Virus record (IMG/VR): IMGVR_UViG_3300020316_000005
Coordinates: 32,001 to 96,000 of that record
From: a virus
Taxonomy: Duplodnaviria > Caudoviricetes
Length of the DNA stretch: 64,000 bases
Reading direction: 5' to 3' (one strand)
Positions within the stretch are counted from its first letter, which is position 1. Every line of letters starts with the position of its first letter. Shown piece after piece: positions 37,001-46,469 of this stretch. The notes below the pieces were generated by a model, which saw only the letters and a program-made list of their open reading frames with translations, searched no databases and had not been told where the DNA came from. Both the position numbers and the translations under genes were made by a program.

Positions 37001-40000
37001 TCCAGTAACAAACGGGGTATCGTTTGTACGAACGTCATCAACAGGATTCTTGATAACTTCGATCAGTTTTGGAGTTGTATAGAAGTTAACGTCAACGTTA
37101 TCAATGAAAGAATAGAATCTGGTGTTGGGCTTCAGACGCTGAATTGAAAATGCAATGTTTCTGGAGCGAATGAACGGAATCACTGTTCTTTCGATCGTGT
37201 TATCACCCAGTGACTGACGGTCAACTCTAGGCACAACACGTGTTCTCAAACCAGTTCTAGTCTGGTTACGAATGTTAATGTTAACAGTTCTAGTAATTCT
37301 TCTAATAAATGGCCAGTTACCACGACGCATAAACTGAGAAGTTGTTCTAGAGGAGTTGGAAGACCAGTTGGTTCTCCAAGCATTCCATTGAACAGGAGCA
37401 AAACCAGTGTTCTGGTCAGCACCAAGACGGAGCATAGTCGCTGTAAAGTCTCCTTCCAGGTTCACAACACGGTCAGGAGCACGACGAGTATCCACCCAGT
37501 CATCAGAAGAGGGGAACAAGTCAAGACGACCGATGTATGCAAACACGTTGAACGGGTTGACGTTCTCAACACGGGATGCATAGGGTTGAACGATGAACTG
37601 AATCTGCTCATATGGAAGAGTCAGAGTTCCAGTTTCGTGCAGAGTAACACCAGTTGATGCTGTCTCGTTGAACTGCAACGGAACGTTCGTAGTGTAGTGA
37701 GAAGGACGGAGTTCTCCTTTACCAAAGTCGATAGAGCAAGCAAAGTCTTGCTGAGTAGTATCAGCAGAATCAAATGATGTAAAGCTATCAACTAGGAATC
37801 CATTCTTGAACTTATCGAAACCATCACTATCCTTAACAGATGTGGTGCTAGTTTCAAGTTCAAGCAGACTCAAAGAGGTGTAATATTCGAGGTTGTCAAC
37901 ACGTCTTTCGATGTGACCAATGTCACGCATTGTGAAACGACGATTGTTCTCTCTAACAATATGGACGTTCTCAGGTCCATAACCATATGCTTCGTGATAG
38001 AAGGTTGCCAGAAGCATTGCATTATCAATGTCAGCAGGAATATCTTCCGACTCACCAGCAATACCTTTAACAATCTTAAATTCTTGCTGGTCAGTCAGGA
38101 ACATCTTGTCGATTCTGCCAACAAAATAATCGTAGTCACAACGGAAATCGGATTCGGGTTTCGGAATATCGATAACCGTAGCGTTGTTTGCAACACCACC
38201 AGATGAGAAACCACGATCTTTGAAGTCCAAAGATGCACAGTTTACATAATACGGGCTACCAACAGTACCAGAACCAGATAGAACAGGAGTAACAGCAGGT
38301 CTGAAATCAAGGACATCTCTAAGTTCACGGGTTTCACCTAAGATCTTAACTGAAGGAATATCCTTGTAGTTGATACCAACATAAGATTGAGATGCAAAAT
38401 AGTCACCCGTTGCTTCGTGGGTGAATCTATCAAACACAATCATCAACTTACGAAGTGGTTTGGTTGAACCAGCAAAACGAATCATCTTAGAGATGTCGTA
38501 GAAATGACCTTGCTGGTTGGGATCAAGGAAGAATGTATCGGTAATATTTCTGGAACCGTTGTTAACAGAACCATCGGCGTCGTTAATCAGACCAGAAATG
38601 ACATTACCATTAGCATCAAAACCACGGACAGTTTCACCCAGAGTGAAGAAGTTGTCATTCTCATAAACAAAGTGGCAGACATAAGACACTGGGTTGAAGT
38701 TCACAACACGTGCTTTTGCCTTAGAAGTCAAACCTTCAATGATAGTACCCTTTTGGAAGATGGTTGCATCCTGCATCGTCAGATGAGGAATTTGCGCTGC
38801 ATTGTCATCCAGAGATTCATAAACAGCGTGAATCTTGTAAACGTCAGTAGAACCGAGAGAGATCTCATCATCTTCGATACGTGTTCCATACAAGGAACCA
38901 TATGTCAGACCATACTTAACGTTATCAGAAGAGTTTGAAGTTCTTTCGACCTTCATCACTTCCATCTGGGTTGCGTTCTTAAGTTTCTTCTCCGCTTGGT
39001 TCTTGGAGACAGAAGCAATCAAACGACAGGTAGAGACACCAGACAGACCAGAGACGGTCAGAGATGTTCTAGGAGTACCAGTAGAGTTGAATGTAATATT
39101 GGATTCAATATCAATCAAAGTGCCTGCTGTAGGAGCAAGAGACACCAGTTGATAGTGATCCTTATCATATGCCAGGAACTGTTCGTCAGCAGGCAGAGAG
39201 ATCGTAAAGTCATTTGCACCAGTAACAGTGATGTCATCAAAGGAACGTGCAACGATTGCAGATTCATCACTAATATTGTTGATCGATTCCTTAGGCATCT
39301 CGATCATCAGATCAGCAGTCTCTTTGTCATAGACTTGAGCACGCTGTCTCACCAAGAATGCATAGTCACCAGCTGCCAGTCCGTTACCGCTGTAACTAGC
39401 AGTGGTTGCGTTAGTAATTTTGTTGTCAATATTTGTACTGACAGTGCTAATTAGATTGATTTGGAATGTATCAGTACCATTTGCAGTCAAGATGTCACCA
39501 GGACGAATGTCCAGAGTGAAGTTAGACTGTGTACCAGTCAATGTACCAGTAGCACCGCTGCTGCTGATGTTGAAGTTACTACCAAGGATAAGTGTCTCAC
39601 TATCCAAGATAAAGTCACCAGCAAATGTAATAGAGTTTGTGTCAGGGTCTCTACCAGTGATACCTTTAGCATCAGTAATCTCAAACGAGAACATATCGTT
39701 GAGTGTACCGATTTCAACTCCATCACGTTCAATAACTTCACCTGCACGGAAGTTACCATACACCTGATAGACATTAAACATCTGTCCACCAACAACATCT
39801 GCCTCAACAAATGCCTTTGCCTTGGAGCTACGACCACGAATAACGTGACCTTGGGACAGAGTAACAGCAGCATCCATCTTGAAGATGGTTAGTGGCTGAA
39901 TATCAAACAGGTATGCTTTGAATACAGTTGAAGTGGAGTTTACATTAGTACCACTATGGTATTCATATGCTGCAACACGTGCTAGACCAATAACACGACC

Positions 40001-41302
40001 AGATGCGGTCAGAGCATTATTGGGTGCAACATCACGGAGCTCAACAACCTGATAGTTTGCAGTAATACCAGTACCATTGATGATGGGAGAACCCTTCACG
40101 TTGTTCATCAGCATATAGTTGCCGAGTTCAAACGGAATAATCGAGTTCTGGAGACCAACAGTTGTTCTGGGTTTGATCAGGTCAACATATGTGGGTGCAA
40201 GAGTTTCAGACTCAAAACCACGGACATATGCTTTACCAGGACCAACCTCAACACAATAGTGTGCTTCAGAAGATTCAATACCATCAGGTGAATTCACACC
40301 AGGCAGATAAACACCATCATTGACACCATCATTCTGGTGCTCTCTAACACGGATGTCAAAGTCACGAACGGTATAATCACCAGATTCGTCGTATGTTCTT
40401 CTAGCAAGTTCTCTTGCCAGTTCGTTATATGCGCTTCTCTCAACGAATGTCTCGATCTGAGACTTGTTAATTCTTAAAAGTTCGATGAAATTCTTATCAG
40501 TATCATCATCGATAACTTTTTTGACTAGACTGGTTCTAATTCTAAATCTATGAGCACCAGGTGCCGAATAGTTAGAAGTACCAGTAGCGTTATCGTTTAG
40601 ACTCGGATCGTCTTCAGGAGTAACGATCGATTCAAAGATTTCTAGACCAACCCTATAAGAAGGATCGTTTGTATATTGATCAAGAATAATGGTCTGTTCG
40701 TCAACATCGACGAAGTAACCACGGATGAAGTACACACCCTTAGCAACAGATGCAGTCGAACCAACAGCAGTAGCATTAGTTGGGAGCAACTGAGAGAAAG
40801 GAGTTCCGATCTCAATCAGGGAGTTGCCATAAGTGATCTCATTATCACAAATCAACTGCTCGTTATTAACGAAAGTGTTGATGTCACTATCATCACCACC
40901 AGAGGTCAGATACTTAAGATACAGTGTGATATATCCACGCTCAGAGGTAGCAGCAGGGATAGAGAACAAAACCTTTGCTCTAACACCTGTTGTCAGACCT
41001 TCAATGATCTTACCATCGAGTTGTTGTCTATATTGCTCAACGTCAGAACCCAAGAAGGATTCCTGCAGCAGAACTGCCTTAGCGTCCAGATCGTAACCAA
41101 TCTGACCAGGGATGACCATACTGCCATCCTTGAACATATGCGTACCAAACGATTCAATCTGATTCTGCATCAGAGATTGAAGCGTAGTCAGTTCACGCGC
41201 CTGAATGGGGTACCCAGGACGGAATAGCACTCGGTAAAAATTGTTCTCCTTATCGAAGTCGTCGAAATATGGAGAGATGTTCAGATTGGTATTCTGAGGC
41301 AT
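34088..41302 (-). CDS. Large virion structural protein (2,404 aa; DUF4815/VrlC-like)
   Basis: PYFDDF, RVLFRPG..QARELT, APGAHR, LARRTYDESG, RFTMRDIG..E.R..NLEYYT, KNGFLVDSF, DPLAQSF. Confidence 0.88.
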   Translation of the reverse strand: MPQNTNLNISPYFDDFDKENNFYRVLFRPGYPIQARELTTLQSLMQNQIESFGTHMFKDGSMVIPGQIGYDLDAKAVLLQESFLGSDVEQYRQQLDGKIIEGLTTGVRAKVLFSIPAATSERGYITLYLKYLTSGGDDSDINTFVNNEQLICDNEITYGNSLIEIGTPFSQLLPTNATAVGSTASVAKGVYFIRGYFVDVDEQTIILDQYTNDPSYRVGLEIFESIVTPEDDPSLNDNATGTSNYSAPGAHRFRIRTSLVKKVIDDDTDKNFIELLRINKSQIETFVERSAYNELARELARRTYDESGDYTVRDFDIRVREHQNDGVNDGVYLPGVNSPDGIESSEAHYCVEVGPGKAYVRGFESETLAPTYVDLIKPRTTVGLQNSIIPFELGNYMLMNNVKGSPIINGTGITANYQVVELRDVAPNNALTASGRVIGLARVAAYEYHSGTNVNSTSTVFKAYLFDIQPLTIFKMDAAVTLSQGHVIRGRSSKAKAFVEADVVGGQMFNVYQVYGNFRAGEVIERDGVEIGTLNDMFSFEITDAKGITGRDPDTNSITFAGDFILDSETLILGSNFNISSSGATGTLTGTQSNFTLDIRPGDILTANGTDTFQINLISTVSTNIDNKITNATTASYSGNGLAAGDYAFLVRQRAQVYDKETADLMIEMPKESINNISDESAIVARSFDDITVTGANDFTISLPADEQFLAYDKDHYQLVSLAPTAGTLIDIESNITFNSTGTPRTSLTVSGLSGVSTCRLIASVSKNQAEKKLKNATQMEVMKVERTSNSSDNVKYGLTYGSLYGTRIEDDEISLGSTDVYKIHAVYESLDDNAAQIPHLTMQDATIFQKGTIIEGLTSKAKARVVNFNPVSYVCHFVYENDNFFTLGETVRGFDANGNVISGLINDADGSVNNGSRNITDTFFLDPNQQGHFYDISKMIRFAGSTKPLRKLMIVFDRFTHEATGDYFASQSYVGINYKDIPSVKILGETRELRDVLDFRPAVTPVLSGSGTVGSPYYVNCASLDFKDRGFSSGGVANNATVIDIPKPESDFRCDYDYFVGRIDKMFLTDQQEFKIVKGIAGESEDIPADIDNAMLLATFYHEAYGYGPENVHIVRENNRRFTMRDIGHIERRVDNLEYYTSLSLLELETSTTSVKDSDGFDKFKNGFLVDSFTSFDSADTTQQDFACSIDFGKGELRPSHYTTNVPLQFNETASTGVTLHETGTLTLPYEQIQFIVQPYASRVENVNPFNVFAYIGRLDLFPSSDDWVDTRRAPDRVVNLEGDFTATMLRLGADQNTGFAPVQWNAWRTNWSSNSSRTTSQFMRRGNWPFIRRITRTVNINIRNQTRTGLRTRVVPRVDRQSLGDNTIERTVIPFIRSRNIAFSIQRLKPNTRFYSFIDNVDVNFYTTPKLIEVIKNPVDDVRTNDTPFVTGETVIGQTSGCRLILVDPNNGFDDGLSPYDKSELPSSYASTTPLLNINTKIMSETVQGDFYGNPIETEILVGQTSGARAVVKKKRLVANTNGDLQGIMWIPNPAVSTNPRFATGTRVIRLTTSANDSRIPGQVDSAANANYVASGILETKQQTILAVRNAELVRDTVTQNRTVDNSSTSTRDTGWYDPLAQSFLVESKGGAFLTGCDLYFNTRDEKIPVSVQVREMANGYPTTKVLAFSDTTLLPSQINLSENGTVATRFNFASPIYVTENREYCLVVLSDSNEYKLWISRMGEDDVTSDRTISEQPYAGVLFKSQNASTWTADQYEDLKFVLYKAEFTPNTTGTAVFNNAELALGNAGISQLRNNPIETLKPEIKVILSDHVANFTIGAEITQTDTSPVPSAIVREVVQGVQGSSNAYIILDDVQGSFREGVASGQNFIYRLVSSRSIANITLSGVTGTFQTDQSITNGQGASGIVTEWNSGTGVVTIKSVTGTFTAGDAVTQTIDSVTTGSGTIAAGGVATSGDDINDYPAAPISYFNKATEITVHHANHCMHDTANNVKIEGVISEVSPTIIDSAYHTNGITAADGVSGTFQLHVADASAFHTIINGQGVATSNPGYIIIRDPEVGQRHFEIIEYSNISDDGKIITLPSGSRGKAGTTALVHSSNSIVECYNLDGIPLTEINKLHTQIGAPTLDSYKLAVTSVSTNGINNGGFNVTATQNIQFEQFLPQIQMNNFPETDVIPRFNAVSATSIKDGANTDNASFINDGVYLDVIANEDNYLTFPKLVCSQVNEDAKLSGAKSLTMELLMSTENEAITPVIDTDRCSLITTSNRINELPQTSSDAEKNAGDKNDAVYITKQVNLLNAANTLKVQFEAWRHPDTEIYVMYRILPVGTSLAFDEIGYTYFNGNGKEDKTVQKTESYLLRDLEYSLESNAEFTAAQVKIIMTSKNQAYVPNIRNLRVMALSDL

Positions 41303-41306
41303 TGTT

Positions 41307-42842
41307 TTAGAACTCTACTACGATCTTAATGTCTTCAATTTGGTCGCCAGCACGGGAGATTGCTCTCCTATTGTCTATGTAGATAACTTTTCCTGAGTCC
41401 TTTTTCACTTCAGGTTTGGCGTAACCAGAGGTGAATGACATACCCAAATCATACTCAGTGTTGTTAATAACACGAGTTGCTTCACCAGGAACAATCGGGA
41501 AGTTAATATCTGGATCGGCAGAAGTACCAGAACCAGAACCAACGACGGTGTTACCACCATCAAACACGGTCTTACTACCAGAAATTTCGGGGAAGATACC
41601 GTCAACTCTGTTCTGATAGAACTTCAGAACTTTTGTTGTGGAGTTCCAGGAAACAACACGACCTCTAGCAGTCACTTGCTGACCACCAATAGTACGAGTC
41701 TGTGTAATAATTTCGTCTGTGTTAAACGAACCTGTGAAATCTGGGGAGAAAATCACAGCGTTAGTAGCAGAAAGCGTAATAGCATCTGCCAATTCTTCTG
41801 TACCATACTTGAGGGGGTTCAGAACCAAACCGATACGTCTGTAGTCGTTATCAGTCGGGAAGTCGCCCGAACCTTCATCGTAGGTAAACTTAGTGTTAAT
41901 CATCACACGGAAACCACCAAGTTCAACTTGGGGACCTGATCCGTGACCACCTTTCGGGGGAATGATAACGTCGATAGCACCACCAGATCCAGTACCAGCA
42001 CCGATACCGTTCACTTCATCGATGATGACTTTACCGAAGGAGTAGTTAGATCCACCTGATGTAACCGTTGCAGATACGATTCTACCGCCGTCAACAACGA
42101 TAGAAATACGACCACCTGTACCATCGCCCTTAATCGGTACGTTCTCATAGGTACCATTATTATATCCAGAACCAGAAGACTGAATAACAACGGTGTCAAT
42201 CTCACCACCAACAGCGTCAGAGATAACAGCGGTGTCACTCAAAACTGGCATATAGTCGCCAGAGAAAAACTTCAGCACCTGTCCCACAGGCACAGTGAAC
42301 ATATACTTCCAACGATAACCATCTGCGGTGGTAATAATAGAAGTAGATGTACCAGTAGGTTCAACAGTAGAAGGTTTACCGTTGGGATCGCTAGGAGATG
42401 TACCGTTGTAGATACACTTGTAGCACTGATACGAAGAGTTCACCACATAGAAGTCTGCATCATATAGTTTGGTAGCACCAGAAGATGCAGTTTTGGAGGA
42501 TGAATAGTCGTGACGATACATATCGTACACATAACCCAAACCACCAGTGGTTTGCTCAGGGGGAATCCAGTCAATACGACGAATAACCTGAATAGCATCG
42601 TTCGCAAGAACACGCTTCATCGAGATCATATCGTCAAAAGAATCCGAAAATTCTTGGAATGAATCGACTGGGGTAGGAGGATTATTCTCGTTATCCCATT
42701 CCTGAGGGCGTCCAATGAACACATACAGGCGATCACGATTCGCACCAGCAGCGATGTCACTCTGGTTCTTATCGGGACCTTCCAGAGACTTGATGAATTT
42801 TTCCGCAGTAAAAATTCTAAATTGGTCAGTAAGTAGTGCCAT
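41307..42842 (-). CDS. g8: Baseplate wedge subunit gp8
   Basis: YVFIGRP, YKCIYNG, DGYRWKYMF, NDYRRIG, GKVIYIDNR, QIEDIKIVVEF. Confidence 0.93.
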   Translation of the reverse strand: MALLTDQFRIFTAEKFIKSLEGPDKNQSDIAAGANRDRLYVFIGRPQEWDNENNPPTPVDSFQEFSDSFDDMISMKRVLANDAIQVIRRIDWIPPEQTTGGLGYVYDMYRHDYSSSKTASSGATKLYDADFYVVNSSYQCYKCIYNGTSPSDPNGKPSTVEPTGTSTSIITTADGYRWKYMFTVPVGQVLKFFSGDYMPVLSDTAVISDAVGGEIDTVVIQSSGSGYNNGTYENVPIKGDGTGGRISIVVDGGRIVSATVTSGGSNYSFGKVIIDEVNGIGAGTGSGGAIDVIIPPKGGHGSGPQVELGGFRVMINTKFTYDEGSGDFPTDNDYRRIGLVLNPLKYGTEELADAITLSATNAVIFSPDFTGSFNTDEIITQTRTIGGQQVTARGRVVSWNSTTKVLKFYQNRVDGIFPEISGSKTVFDGGNTVVGSGSGTSADPDINFPIVPGEATRVINNTEYDLGMSFTSGYAKPEVKKDSGKVIYIDNRRAISRAGDQIEDIKIVVEF

Positions 42843-42864
42843 TGAACAGAATCTACCTTCTCTT

Positions 42865-42872
42865 TATTTATA
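42865..42872 (-). promoter_or_regulatory. Late promoter TATAAATA upstream of g8
   Basis: Perfect consensus, intergenic. Confidence 0.85.
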
Positions 42873-42876
42873 GGGG

Positions 42877-44751
42877 TTAGTCGGGTTCGTTTCTGACGAA
42901 TGTTGGGAAATTGATCTCTTGGATCGTTCCCACAACACCAGATGATCCACCCGTTATTAGTTCGTTCTTGTTCCAAAGGTAATTACCTGAGTTTGGAACA
43001 ATGGATCCGACAGTCAATACCTTGGTTGCATAATTCCAACCTTCAACTGTCGCGGAGATACCTGTAATCGAACCTGTTACAGTTTCACCGATGGTATAGT
43101 TACCAGTGGTTGGTGCAAGAAGTCTGAATGTAAACTCAACTGTTGCATCGTGTACATCACCATCACCCAACTGTCCAGCGATGGACACTGTGGGTGCAAG
43201 AGGTGGGTTGGAACCATCAGACATTTGGTCACCAACAGCAAACAGAGTAGTGTTCTGTCCACCAACTGTCTCTTCAATACCATACAGAGAAGATGCGATA
43301 CCACCATCAAGGTTGATCTCGCCTTCAAAGTCTGTATTTGTGTTGATCAAATCGGGAATACCATCACCAAGTCCTTGCAATTCCGCAATATCTTCAAACG
43401 ATCTGTCTTGGATATAACTGATAGGAACCGTTAAAGTGACGATTCTTTCACCAATATCTTCCACAGTATTGTGTGGTGCAACACCAGTGGCAGACGCTGA
43501 GGACACACCACCAGTGAAGTCAATAACCTGTGACTTGACCTGGGAAGATCCACCATCAATAAAAGCAAGTTCATCAACCTCAAAGACGAGGTAGAGTGCT
43601 CTCTGAGATGGAATCCAGTCGTAAACACGAGCAATCTTGTTGGATGCACTCTCAGTTGTTCTAACAACCCTGTCGCCAACGTTGAAATTGTACTGAGACA
43701 CCCCGTAACTGTCATTTGCCAGTGAGTCCAGAGTTACTTTCTGATCGTATCTGAAGTTAAGAGCACGGTCGCAACCTGTGAACGAGGTAAGTGTTTTACC
43801 CGTATATCTAATAACCTCTCTTCCGACAAGAATTTTGCCTGAACCAGGGTAAGGAGTAGTCGTCTGTACATAGATGGTAGTGTCGTTTTCACCAACATCT
43901 CCCAACAAACCAGTTACATTATATAAATTTGAGTTGAAAGATTGTCTGTTCCTAGAAGCTCTAGTGAGGTTGGTCTTTCTAGTAAACAGAACCTGGGGGT
44001 TAGATGAATAACCGCCGCCGCCATCAAGAATATCGATGGATTCAATAGCGCCCAGATTCAGGTTGGCAACTGCTCTGGCACCAGAACCACCACCACCATT
44101 CAGAAGAATGACAGGGGGAGTTTCATAGAATTCACCAGGGTTGGTGACTCTAACTTGTTTAACAACACCGAATTCATCAACCTCAGCAACACCAGTAGCA
44201 CCTTGACCGCCGCCACCAGAAACAATGAGGTTAATATCTCCGAGTTCATAGTTTGAACCTGGTTGTTCCAGGGACAAACCAGTAATCAGACCTGTAACTG
44301 GACGTAATTCAGCTCCAGATCCGCCACCGCCTCTAACAACGGCAGTTGTCTCATCATTAAAATAGAAATCACCATTAGACAAAACTTGTATATACTGAAT
44401 CGATCCAGCAGGAGCGATAACAGTACCATCAGGTGCTAACTGATCAGTCTCGTATAGAATTGCTTTTGCTTCAGCACCAGCACCGTCACCAACGGTACTG
44501 ATGTCAATTCTAAATGGATCGTAACCTTCACCTGGGTCGAGAACTTTAACTGCAGCAATCTGACCATTCTGAATGACTGGTTCTAAGATTGCTTCGCGGA
44601 TTGGTGTACCGCAATTAGCAATTTTTAATTCTGGTGGGTCTGATGCATTATACCCACTCCCACCATCGTTTACGAAAACGTCTTTAACGCCAAAGATGGA
44701 ATTAAAGACGGGTTCAATTACAGCACCAGATCCAGGAACAGTTCTCGGCAT
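42877..44751 (-). CDS. Baseplate-associated structural protein (624 aa)
   Basis: Repeated G.GY..P.V...GGGG.GA.A modules as in gp7/gp8. Confidence 0.8.
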   Translation of the reverse strand: MPRTVPGSGAVIEPVFNSIFGVKDVFVNDGGSGYNASDPPELKIANCGTPIREAILEPVIQNGQIAAVKVLDPGEGYDPFRIDISTVGDGAGAEAKAILYETDQLAPDGTVIAPAGSIQYIQVLSNGDFYFNDETTAVVRGGGGSGAELRPVTGLITGLSLEQPGSNYELGDINLIVSGGGGQGATGVAEVDEFGVVKQVRVTNPGEFYETPPVILLNGGGGSGARAVANLNLGAIESIDILDGGGGYSSNPQVLFTRKTNLTRASRNRQSFNSNLYNVTGLLGDVGENDTTIYVQTTTPYPGSGKILVGREVIRYTGKTLTSFTGCDRALNFRYDQKVTLDSLANDSYGVSQYNFNVGDRVVRTTESASNKIARVYDWIPSQRALYLVFEVDELAFIDGGSSQVKSQVIDFTGGVSSASATGVAPHNTVEDIGERIVTLTVPISYIQDRSFEDIAELQGLGDGIPDLINTNTDFEGEINLDGGIASSLYGIEETVGGQNTTLFAVGDQMSDGSNPPLAPTVSIAGQLGDGDVHDATVEFTFRLLAPTTGNYTIGETVTGSITGISATVEGWNYATKVLTVGSIVPNSGNYLWNKNELITGGSSGVVGTIQEINFPTFVRNEPD

Positions 44752-44754
44752 TTA

Positions 44755-46437
44755 TCAACGAATATCAAGTGTACCATTCATAGCAGAGTGTGCAGTACAC
44801 TGATAGTACAGTGTAGTTGGAGCATCGTGAGGAACTGTGAAAGTCTGAACACCAGACTCAGAACCAGTGATACCAGCAGTATATGCACTTTGACCCAGAC
44901 CAGTAGTGGACTGGATTCTCAATGGGTGAGCACCGCCACCTACGTTATTCAAAACGTATGTAAATCCACGATACAGAACGATCGTTGCATTACTCACACC
45001 AGGACCAACAAACCCAGGACCCTGAACTGTGTAAGCAGAAGATCCACCTGCTGGGGAGAATCTGAAGAGTAGTGCAGGAGAGGGTTGATGAATAGTTGCG
45101 TTATCGTGACCTTTGATGATGGATGCACCTACAGGAGCATTACCCATCTGACGACGGAATCCTTGGTCAACGTCTTGGAAGTTAGTACCATCGTTTGCGA
45201 TCTGCAACTCACCGTTGGTATCGATCTTGATACGCTTAGTTCCAACCTTAATCTCAGCATCTGTAGGGAGAACTAGGTTATCGTCGGTGTCAATAGCGAT
45301 CTTCTTGGTTCCACCAGAACCGAAACGAATTTCAGCGCCAGTAGGAATCTCAAGGTTGCCGCTACCATCAAACTTGATTGCCTTGTTAGCATCAGCACCA
45401 AAACGGATGTCTGTTCCAGCAGCAAGATCGAGGTTACCGTTTGCGTCAATAGCAATCGTCTTGGTTGAAGCAATGTCACCAAAACGGATAGAGCTGTTAG
45501 CAGGCAGTTCTAAAATGCCATCACCATCGATGGACATTGTACGACCAGCACCAAAGGAAAGCGGTTGACCACCAAGATCAATCGCACCACCTTCATCAAA
45601 AGAAACGAGGTTGTTGACAGAAGTGATATGAATATCACCAGTAACATTCAGTTCTTGAGATTGGTTTGCACCTGCAGCAGTAACACGAATAAAACCACGT
45701 GCACCGCCATTCTCAGCAGTAAAGTCTACAAAATCTGCTACAAACTTAGCACCAGAAGGATCAGCGAACTCCAACTTAGTGCCAGCCTTCATTGCACTAA
45801 AACGAGTGCGGAACTTTTCCTCTGCAGTTGAGTTCTCGGAAGCAAGCTTAGAAGCAACAGTACGAGTAGCACCAGTATCAATGCTATTCACAGTATGAAC
45901 TTGCTTTTTCTTTCTCTGCAGTTCTTGTGTTGTTGGGTCAGAGGAAAGCGCGGTATCACCCAAGTAAATGGTTGAATCGCTCAGATAGATGTCACGAAAC
46001 TTGAGTGTAGAAGAACCGATGTCGTAAGTTTCGTTTGTATTAGGAAGGAAGTGGGTGTCAATAACAACGTTACCCGATCCATTGTTTGACAGGTTCGTGA
46101 TAGACGAACCTCCACCTCCACCGCCTTGTAAGTCGTCTCCAGGTTGCCAACGTGCATTAGCATCGTTCCATTTCAGAACCTGACCGTTAGTGACTCCACT
46201 AACATCAATGTCTGTCAGGTTAGAAACTGCAAGTTGTCCTTCGGTGAAGACGCTGCCATTCCACTTCAGAACCTGATTGGTAGACGGAGAACCAATACTA
46301 ATCTGCAGGTTGGTGTTATCACCCAGAGCGGTGTACAACTCATTGATGACGTTATTCAGTTTAATAGCGCCGTCTCTGAGGGTATCTCCAGTTCCGTCAT
46401 TAGCGGAAACGCCAATATTCAGATTCTGCTTAGCCAT
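44755..46437 (-). CDS. gp9/gp10-like baseplate-attached fibre with C-terminal cupredoxin-like domain
   Basis: N-terminal MAKQNLNIGVSANDGTGDTLRDG; ~26-aa IRFG repeats; C-terminal HPL...YYQCTAHSAM. Confidence 0.8.
   Translation of the reverse strand: MAKQNLNIGVSANDGTGDTLRDGAIKLNNVINELYTALGDNTNLQISIGSPSTNQVLKWNGSVFTEGQLAVSNLTDIDVSGVTNGQVLKWNDANARWQPGDDLQGGGGGGSSITNLSNNGSGNVVIDTHFLPNTNETYDIGSSTLKFRDIYLSDSTIYLGDTALSSDPTTQELQRKKKQVHTVNSIDTGATRTVASKLASENSTAEEKFRTRFSAMKAGTKLEFADPSGAKFVADFVDFTAENGGARGFIRVTAAGANQSQELNVTGDIHITSVNNLVSFDEGGAIDLGGQPLSFGAGRTMSIDGDGILELPANSSIRFGDIASTKTIAIDANGNLDLAAGTDIRFGADANKAIKFDGSGNLEIPTGAEIRFGSGGTKKIAIDTDDNLVLPTDAEIKVGTKRIKIDTNGELQIANDGTNFQDVDQGFRRQMGNAPVGASIIKGHDNATIHQPSPALLFRFSPAGGSSAYTVQGPGFVGPGVSNATIVLYRGFTYVLNNVGGGAHPLRIQSTTGLGQSAYTAGITGSESGVQTFTVPHDAPTTLYYQCTAHSAMNGTLDIR
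45200..45560 (-). repeat. ~26-aa L.LP...IRFG....K.I.ID..GN repeats (4-5 copies)
   Basis: Visible in translation. Confidence 0.75.
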
Positions 46438-46461
46438 AATAGGGGGGTTTTTCTACAGTTT

Positions 46462-46469
46462 TATTTATG
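46462..46469 (-). promoter_or_regulatory. Late promoter (CATAAATA)
   Basis: 7/8 consensus overlapping the upstream stop. Confidence 0.7.
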
